Shown: in pieces, positions 25,952-32,145 of the stretch | Numbering within the stretch: the stretch's first letter is position 1 | Layout of the letters: every line of letters starts with the position of its first letter | Origin: Planctomycetota bacterium | GTDB taxonomy: Bacteria; Planctomycetota; GCA-002687715; DRQF01 | Length of the DNA: 32,145 bases | Assembly: GCA_027001995.1 (NCBI GenBank) | Contig: JALTLO010000187.1 | Span: 1-32,145 of the forward strand | Direction: 5' to 3' | Program-made: the position numbers and the translations under genes | The notes under the pieces: generated by a model | Told to the model about the DNA's origin: nothing | Database searches by the model: none | The model's input: the letters and a program-made list of their open reading frames with translations, nothing else

Positions 25952-28048
25952 ATGATAGTTGAATTCGTACTGGTATGGATTCTGGTTACGGGTGGCATAG
26001 GCTACGCCCAAGTCCCCGAGCTCCTCTATCTGAGGTTTAACAGTGGTAGTGGCCTTGTCACGAATGACAAGGCAGTCCCTGGTTTGCCAGGAACATCCAT
26101 TGTTCTTGCTCCAAGTATCTCTTGGAATTCAACCAATCCGCGCATCGGTGGCTCCTGCTTGGACACAAGCACGGGGACTGGATTACTCCCCATGTGTAAG
26201 ACCGGCGCGCCCGTCAACTATGTCGGCGATTGGACCATCGAATTTTGGATTCTCCGAACCGGGGCGAACGGTTCGACACTGTTGGGAACAAATGGAACCG
26301 GGGGCCCTTGGATTGTTGACCATGGCAGTTCGGCCTTTGACAAAATCTTGCTGGATGCGGTGAACGGGGACCCTCTCTCGATCAACCAGGTCGGGAATTC
26401 AAGCTGGAAACATGTTGCCATTGTTCACGATTCTCTTGAATTGAAAGTCTCAAGTTTTGTAGATGGAGTCTTTCAAGGTGTCGTTTCACAGAGCAACGCA
26501 ATTCCGATCCAAGGCGATGGTGCCAGTGGGTTACTCATTGGAGGCATTGGGGGTGGGGCCTGGAAGGGGCTCATCGACGAATTTCGGATTTGGGGGCGAG
26601 CGCTATCTCAGCAAGAAATCTTCACCGGTCGCGGGTCTCAATCGAATGCAAAATCGGTGGACGCTGCGGTGATTCAGGTCACGAGTCCAGTCGCTATTCT
26701 TGGTCAGTTTCCTCCTTCGCTTTTTTCTGCGTCTGAGACTGTGACGGTGCAAGTAAGCAACCTCGGTACAACGATGATGCCAGCGGGGACGATCCTTCCC
26801 ATGACTTTGAGTTTGAATGGTGTTGTGCTGTCAAATGAATCATTTGCCTTGCCCTCCATGTTGTCTACAGGATCGAGCACCACTTTCACATTCCTACAAT
26901 CGGTAGATCTGACTGGGCAGGGGCGCCAGTCTTTGGAGGTATCCGTCGGCTTCCCCGGTGATCAACAGCCAATCAACGACGCCAAAACGAGATCATTTCG
27001 AGGCAATCAAGGGACACTGATTGCTCAATTTCCATTCAAGGAGGATTTTGACGCCCTTGGCCAGGGTTCGGTGCCGCCCTTGGGCTGGATGCAGGACCCA
27101 GGTGATAATCTTCCTTCACCGGTTGACGTCAATTGGGATTTCGCGGATGGATCCTTGTTGTCGTTTCCCTTTCCGTCGGGAGACCACACATTTGGCGTAA
27201 ATGGGGGAGGAAACTTCGCTCTCGTTTCCGCGCCTCCCAATTCGACTGCAAACCTGTTGACGCCGATCTTTGATCTGCAAGGGCTTACGAATCCGCGACT
27301 GGAGTTTTGGTTGAACAACGAGAATGCTTCGACGGCAGGGCAGTCTGCCACTTCATTTAGCATCGATGTATTGGTTTGGCCTTCTGGCTCAGTGACCTTG
27401 GATGTGTTCGGTCCCATCGGCGCTCTTTCACCTGCCGTTTTGCCTTGGCAACGACAACTGCTAAATTTGAGTCCGTTCTTGGGGCAAAAGGTGATGTTGA
27501 GGTTGCGTGCTCAAACTGCCGCCATGAGTGGCATGCAATCGTTGGCCATTGACGACATACAACTGACCGACCATCCGCTTGGGATTGGGCAAGCACCACA
27601 GGTTGGTTTCGCTGTTCTTGACATCAATGGTTGTCGTAGTATCGGCGGTGAATTGGTTGCCATTCAAGACCCTGGACCGTATTTGGCACGTGCGACCGTC
27701 GGGGGGCCTCTTCGTTTTCGTCTGGAGGGTCAAAGCAATCAGACAACAATTTTGTTCTTTGGTTCTCTCAACTTGGTTGCAGCAACGTTTCCAACAATTG
27801 GCCAAATCGACATTGGCGGGGCGATTGACCCTCTGAGTGGAATACCCGTGGGACTAAGTGTGATGTTTGACGGTAGCAACAGCTTTGGATTAAACCCATT
27901 TTTTGTGACGGACGCTTTTGGCGTCGGTGGGCTTCTCCTCAATACGCCGAATCTCCCGATAGGCATCGTCACAACTTTTCAAGCGGCCGTGCACAATTCA
28001 ATCACGGGAGTTTCCTTAAGCAACGCCGTTCAGTTGGAGATTGAGTGA
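25952..28048 (+). CDS. Secreted multidomain protein: LamG/ConA-like + CARDB/Ig-like + MAM-like + conserved C-terminal domain
   Basis: Signal-like MIVEFVLVWILVTGGIGYA|Q (start uncertain; the ORF is open from 25823). LamG motifs WTIEFW, WKHVAIV, GLIDEFRIWGRALS. Also TVTVQVSNLG and EDFD...GW...DHT...AIDDI. Confidence 0.85.
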   Translation: MIVEFVLVWILVTGGIGYAQVPELLYLRFNSGSGLVTNDKAVPGLPGTSIVLAPSISWNSTNPRIGGSCLDTSTGTGLLPMCKTGAPVNYVGDWTIEFWILRTGANGSTLLGTNGTGGPWIVDHGSSAFDKILLDAVNGDPLSINQVGNSSWKHVAIVHDSLELKVSSFVDGVFQGVVSQSNAIPIQGDGASGLLIGGIGGGAWKGLIDEFRIWGRALSQQEIFTGRGSQSNAKSVDAAVIQVTSPVAILGQFPPSLFSASETVTVQVSNLGTTMMPAGTILPMTLSLNGVVLSNESFALPSMLSTGSSTTFTFLQSVDLTGQGRQSLEVSVGFPGDQQPINDAKTRSFRGNQGTLIAQFPFKEDFDALGQGSVPPLGWMQDPGDNLPSPVDVNWDFADGSLLSFPFPSGDHTFGVNGGGNFALVSAPPNSTANLLTPIFDLQGLTNPRLEFWLNNENASTAGQSATSFSIDVLVWPSGSVTLDVFGPIGALSPAVLPWQRQLLNLSPFLGQKVMLRLRAQTAAMSGMQSLAIDDIQLTDHPLGIGQAPQVGFAVLDINGCRSIGGELVAIQDPGPYLARATVGGPLRFRLEGQSNQTTILFFGSLNLVAATFPTIGQIDIGGAIDPLSGIPVGLSVMFDGSNSFGLNPFFVTDAFGVGGLLLNTPNLPIGIVTTFQAAVHNSITGVSLSNAVQLEIE

Positions 28049-30015
28049 TGGAAACGGAAGTCATTAGCGTATTTCGAAGAGGCATAATTGCGCTCTTTCT
28101 TTTCTCTAGTTCTTTGGCTCTAAACGGGCAATTGTTGACGACCGGATTGGCGAACGCAAATTCCGGTGGGTCCAACTTCATGTTTGATCTTGAAGCCCTA
28201 TCCTCTTTGACGATTGACTCCATCGATATTCAGTTGCCGTCCTTCTTGGGACAAACCATTCCGCTTGAAGTTTGGACGACCAGCGATGGTGGCTCGTTCG
28301 TTGGAAGAACGTTGGACCCGCTTTCTTGGAAACTGGTTGGTTCTTACGAGGCGTTGCTTCCACAGGGAACCGGGAGCTGGACCAACGTCATTCTTCAAAC
28401 TCCGACTTTTGTTCGGGAAGGGACGAACCGCGGGTTCTGTATTGTTCGTACAGACTTGGTCGGATTTCATGGGTTTACAGCTGTGGCCACCGGCATCAGC
28501 GTCGTTGCTAATTCGGATCTTATTGTGAGATCCGGTGTTCATAGTGTTGCATCCTATTTTAGCGCGGGCTCTCCAGGGATACCAAGCATGAACGTTCATT
28601 ACTCAAGGAATGGGCCTTTCGGACGGGATCTACGAACCCATCGATTCGTTTCGCCGGTTTCAGATCGTTTCACATGCAGCGTGGGGGCAAGTGCTGAACA
28701 ACTCAGTGTTGAATTCCTGAATCTCGGGAGCTTGAGCATCCCCGCGGGCGAGATTGTTCCCGTCAGTGTTAGTCTCGATGGCGGTCCGCCAATCAATGAA
28801 TTCTTGGCTATCGCGACTGCGTTGCCACCGAATGGATCGATTGTGTATTCTTTCGCAACTTCAATTGATCTGTCAGCGTTAGGACCACATTCGATTAGTG
28901 TGGGTCATCAATTGGTGATGGACCAATTCAGTAGCAATGACCAGTTGACGGCCGAGATCGCGAGCGGCGGGGAGTCGCGTATCAGTAGTTTTCCCTGGAG
29001 TGAGAACTTCGACGGCATCAGTTCTGCCAACATTGTGATACCACCGGTTGGCTGGGTTCAAGAAAGCGCAGACGCTGCAGGTAGAAATTCGGATTGGTTT
29101 TTCGTGAATAGCGGAGACACTCATTTTCAGAATACGGTTATTGATCACACGAACGGACAAGGGTCTTGGGCTCTCTTGCATGACCACAATTCTCACCATG
29201 CAGCTGTTAGTATTCAATCGCCGTGCCTTGATCTCAGTTTGCTCACCCATCCGCGTCTTGACTTTTGGGTCAATAGTTTTAATGCAACAGTGCTAGCTGA
29301 CAATACACTAAGTCTTGACGTTATCGACATGCAGTCAGGAATCATTACTATGAATGTCGTGGGCCCTATTGGCTCATTCTTTGGTGCTGGCTGGAACCTT
29401 ATAGACGTTGATTTGTCGGCTTTCTCTGGAAGCGTCATTCGTTTGGTTTTTCGTGGATCCACAGATCATGGTGGTGGATTTAGTGGAGACGATCATCCTA
29501 TTCAGATTGACGATGTGAGTGTCAGGAACGTCCTACCAACGCCAGGCCAAAACGCGCAACCGGGATTCGCAGCTTTCAAAATTGGTGTCACACGAAACGT
29601 CAATCTTGAGCTCGTCGATTCTTTCTTAGGTGGCCCTTTCTTTTCGACTGTCAATGCCAACGGCGACATGATCATGGAATTCGAGGGTGAACCCATGATG
29701 CCCATCCTATTGTTGGGTGGACCTCTTAATCCGGCTTCCGCAACTTTTCCCATCATCGGGGCTTTGGATTTGGGTAATGTCGTCGACCCGTTGACTGGTA
29801 TTCCAACGGGAATCCAAGTCTTGGCCGATGGCAACTTGACCGTAGGATTAGACTCGTTCTTTAACACGGGCCCTTTGGGGATGAACCAAATCGGCATTCA
29901 TATCGGCAACCTTCCTCCTGGAATTCTGGCCAACCTCCAATGTGCCATGCGAACATCTGGCGCCAATGGTTCCTACATCGCTTTGAGCAACGCGATTCAA
30001 GTGACTGTTCAATGA
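28045..30015 (+). CDS. Secreted multidomain protein: distinct N-terminal beta domain + CARDB/Ig-like + MAM-like + the same C-terminal domain
   Basis: Signal peptide RRGIIALFLFSSSLALNG|Q. GTGA coupling. Motifs VEFLNLG and ENFD...GW...DHT...IDDVSV. The C-terminus is paralogous to the upstream gene. Confidence 0.85.
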   Translation: MMETEVISVFRRGIIALFLFSSSLALNGQLLTTGLANANSGGSNFMFDLEALSSLTIDSIDIQLPSFLGQTIPLEVWTTSDGGSFVGRTLDPLSWKLVGSYEALLPQGTGSWTNVILQTPTFVREGTNRGFCIVRTDLVGFHGFTAVATGISVVANSDLIVRSGVHSVASYFSAGSPGIPSMNVHYSRNGPFGRDLRTHRFVSPVSDRFTCSVGASAEQLSVEFLNLGSLSIPAGEIVPVSVSLDGGPPINEFLAIATALPPNGSIVYSFATSIDLSALGPHSISVGHQLVMDQFSSNDQLTAEIASGGESRISSFPWSENFDGISSANIVIPPVGWVQESADAAGRNSDWFFVNSGDTHFQNTVIDHTNGQGSWALLHDHNSHHAAVSIQSPCLDLSLLTHPRLDFWVNSFNATVLADNTLSLDVIDMQSGIITMNVVGPIGSFFGAGWNLIDVDLSAFSGSVIRLVFRGSTDHGGGFSGDDHPIQIDDVSVRNVLPTPGQNAQPGFAAFKIGVTRNVNLELVDSFLGGPFFSTVNANGDMIMEFEGEPMMPILLLGGPLNPASATFPIIGALDLGNVVDPLTGIPTGIQVLADGNLTVGLDSFFNTGPLGMNQIGIHIGNLPPGILANLQCAMRTSGANGSYIALSNAIQVTVQ

Positions 30016-30029
30016 GAGTTTTCCCGCTC

Positions 30030-30300
30030 TGCGGGGCACTGTTGCAGCAATCAAACTGAAGCCGGAGCGGTAGCTCCAACTGCACAATTCAGCTCGTGAT
30101 CTGTGCCCTTCCGGCAAACATGCACAATCTGAGTTTTTTGGGCTGTGAGTAGGCCCCTCTCCCTGGCATTCATGCCAGGGGCTTGGGCACACACTGATCT
30201 CATGTTGGCAGGTAAGGTATCTAAGATCGGGAGCTGTTGACTTCGCTCTCGAAGGTTTCCTCGTCGCCCTCCACGGCAGCCAAGGCCTCTCGAAAGTTCC
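30030..30300 (-). pseudogene. Possible degraded Hpt (histidine phosphotransfer) domain fragment
   Basis: Stitched across three frames: FREALAAVEGDEE / LRERSQQLPILDTLPANMRSV / LTAQ-KLRLCMFAG...VQLE. It resembles the Hpt pattern but lacks the His. Confidence 0.4.
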
Positions 30301-30385
30301 ATATACGGTACACGGTCAGATTCGCCAGTTTTGACTCTCTCTCTGGAATCATCAAAACTGGCGAATCTGACCTGGTACCGTATGT
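30301..30385. repeat. REP-doublet/MITE-like inverted repeat, copy B
   Basis: 34-nt arms (30301-30334, 30352-30385), 31/34 complementary, with a 17-nt loop. Same arm sequence as 16111-16142. Confidence 0.88.
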
Positions 30386-30430
30386 TCTTGCTTGAGCGAA
30401 CTCGAGATGAACAAGACTAAGTGAATTAGT

Positions 30431-32145
30431 CCTCAATCAAGCGACCTAGCCTCATGAATCATGTCAAAGCTCTGCTGACTCCGAAAAGACGGCTATTAGC
30501 AGCCGGAATCTTGTCGCGTGCTCCATTTTCTTTCGTTTTCTACAATAGCCCTGCTGTTTTCGGTCGACTTGATCGAAATTTCGACTGTGGATACGGACCC
30601 CAACTGCACATGATATTGGTATTTGATAGCGCGGAATTTTTCTATGCAAACTTGAGCTGCCGAAAGCGGGCATGTGTCTCAAAAACTGATTCCAGCCAAG
30701 TCGTGTAGGCTAGGAAACGGTGGATAATTCTTCTCCCGGATTTCACTACCTGACAAGGAATTTCAATGATCCCTTTCGCGAATCGCCGAAACTCCATTCT
30801 CCGGATGAGCTCCCCTTCCTTTTTGTCATGCCAAAGCAAGGACGTCCAAGCCTTTAAGTTCCAAGCCAAAGATGCCGCGACGATGTAAGCATCGTTGGCG
30901 AGCATTTCGCGACATGGCATTCGCATGGCATGAACACCGTTCTTCGTTTGCTCAATCAAGTTTTCTTGATCGCATCTTTCGTTGGAGTGCCGAATGACTT
31001 GGCGTGCGGTCATCTCCCTTTTTGGCGAGTTGGTGATGTAGAAGAAATAACGAATGTCTGGCACCAGAAGCACTTGGCCCTTTTCGATTCGTAAGCTCTT
31101 TCGGACAACGACCACGCGGTAGGTTTCTTGACACTTGGTTGGTTGATACGAAAATTCAGAGTAATGCTCATCCTCAAGAGTGATGTGACGGTATTCGCGC
31201 TCCCTGATCCGCTCACGCTTTACCTTGTCCATCTTTGCTCTATTCTTTCCCAAGGTCTTTTGACCGTCTCGCCTCAACCTCGTCCAATCTTCCTTCTCAA
31301 GGCCGTCTGCAATCTTAACGAGGTTCTTTTTGCACGCGATCCCAAAGACAAACTTGACGCCAATCTTAGTCCAATAGTCGAATTTTTCCGTTGAGGAAAA
31401 TCCAGTATCACCGCGCAAGAGCACTTTCTTAAATCCTCCTGACCGCACCAAGTCCACTGCTGGGTCGAGGTAGTCGAATGCCCCATCATGAGACTGGCGA
31501 TTGCCAGATCGGTTGCGAGTGAAGAGCACTTCCTTGGTGTTGGCCAAAGTGACAAGCAATGGGGCGAAGCCCCATATTCCTTTGTAGCTCATGTCCATAC
31601 CTTCTTTGCACTCACCCTCAGTGCCTACGATGGTTCCATCGATGTCAATAATGGCACGCTCAAAGAACGACTTGGGCTCCTTTTTCCATACCTTCATTCT
31701 TGTGGTATTGATTGCCATCTGGAGCGCGGTGATGTCTTTGAGTTTCAAGCGGCGAAGGAAGTCACCCGCGGTGGTGGGATCCGGGATGCGCTCGGCACCA
31801 AGGGCATCCATGTAGGCTGCGTCCTGGCGGAGGTTTTCAATGTCGTCCAAAGTGCGGCCACCGCAGAGCACGTTGTAGGCGATGTTCAGAACGTGGTCCG
31901 ACTCGTAATAGGGGCAGTGGTTCTTAAGCAAAGAAAGAGCGCGATTGATTTCTTCTGCTAAGCCAACTTGGCGAACCAAACGGTGGATCAAAGCTATGCC
32001 ACCATGGTTCGTTGCTTTGACACGATGGCTCATGGCAAGCTCTTCGTTGCCACCCGAAAGGACTGGGCCAGATTTATGAAGGCGAGAGCTTCGTGCCAAA
32101 CGAGTTGAAATTTCTGACTGTCGTTTCGAGATTTCTACGGTATGA
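30431..32145 (-). mobile_element. IS1380-family insertion sequence, truncated by the window edge
   Basis: Contains the transposase below. The candidate terminus cctcaatcaagcg at 30431 resembles CC-ended IS1380 IRs. The partner IR is not visible. Confidence 0.8.
30642..32099 (-). CDS. IS1380-family transposase (the true start probably lies beyond the window)
   Basis: Motifs YYESDHVLNIAYN, IPDPTTAGDFLRR, IDIDGT, LRGDTGF, RCDQENLIEQ, AWNLKAW. The frame stays open up to the window end. Confidence 0.95.
   Translation of the reverse strand: MARSSRLHKSGPVLSGGNEELAMSHRVKATNHGGIALIHRLVRQVGLAEEINRALSLLKNHCPYYESDHVLNIAYNVLCGGRTLDDIENLRQDAAYMDALGAERIPDPTTAGDFLRRLKLKDITALQMAINTTRMKVWKKEPKSFFERAIIDIDGTIVGTEGECKEGMDMSYKGIWGFAPLLVTLANTKEVLFTRNRSGNRQSHDGAFDYLDPAVDLVRSGGFKKVLLRGDTGFSSTEKFDYWTKIGVKFVFGIACKKNLVKIADGLEKEDWTRLRRDGQKTLGKNRAKMDKVKRERIREREYRHITLEDEHYSEFSYQPTKCQETYRVVVVRKSLRIEKGQVLLVPDIRYFFYITNSPKREMTARQVIRHSNERCDQENLIEQTKNGVHAMRMPCREMLANDAYIVAASLAWNLKAWTSLLWHDKKEGELIRRMEFRRFAKGIIEIPCQVVKSGRRIIHRFLAYTTWLESVFETHARFRQLKFA

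Noticed and set aside
30023..30035. Terminator after the 656-aa gene (cccgc-tct-gcggg)
   Set aside because: Only a 5-bp stem and no U-tract.
16111..30385. CRISPR repeats
   Set aside because: The ~33-nt units occur as inverted pairs 14 kb apart, not as a direct array, and there are no cas genes.

Overview
Accessory bacterial DNA, probably from a Planctomycetota-like organism (inferred from the protein and IS types). The left half (1-19.1 kb) is almost all minus-strand. It holds four mutually divergent modules. Each has a large N-terminally membrane-anchored protein with carboxypeptidase-regulatory-like beta-sandwich motifs. Three are preceded by a small, unrelated secreted protein plus a hairpin, and MauE/DoxX-like CGC membrane proteins lie nearby. 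The modules surround a YtrA-type GntR/ABC operon with two long permease-like genes. Fragments of the last permease gene recur between the downstream modules (7161-7260 and 4791-4811), which suggests cassettes stacked at a conserved anchor. Two copies of a dead integrase-core IS bracket one module. The right half has a tyrosine recombinase with a dif-like 14-6-14 site directly upstream and an in-frame chimera of a ParA-like ATPase with a 5'-truncated secreted-type alpha/beta hydrolase. It also has two paralogous secreted proteins sharing a C-terminal domain, a possible degraded Hpt fragment and an IS1380 element cut by the window edge. REP-doublet-like hairpins occur at 16.1 and 30.3 kb. No rRNA, tRNA or CRISPR array was seen. 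Family assignments come from motif recognition by eye, not from database searches.
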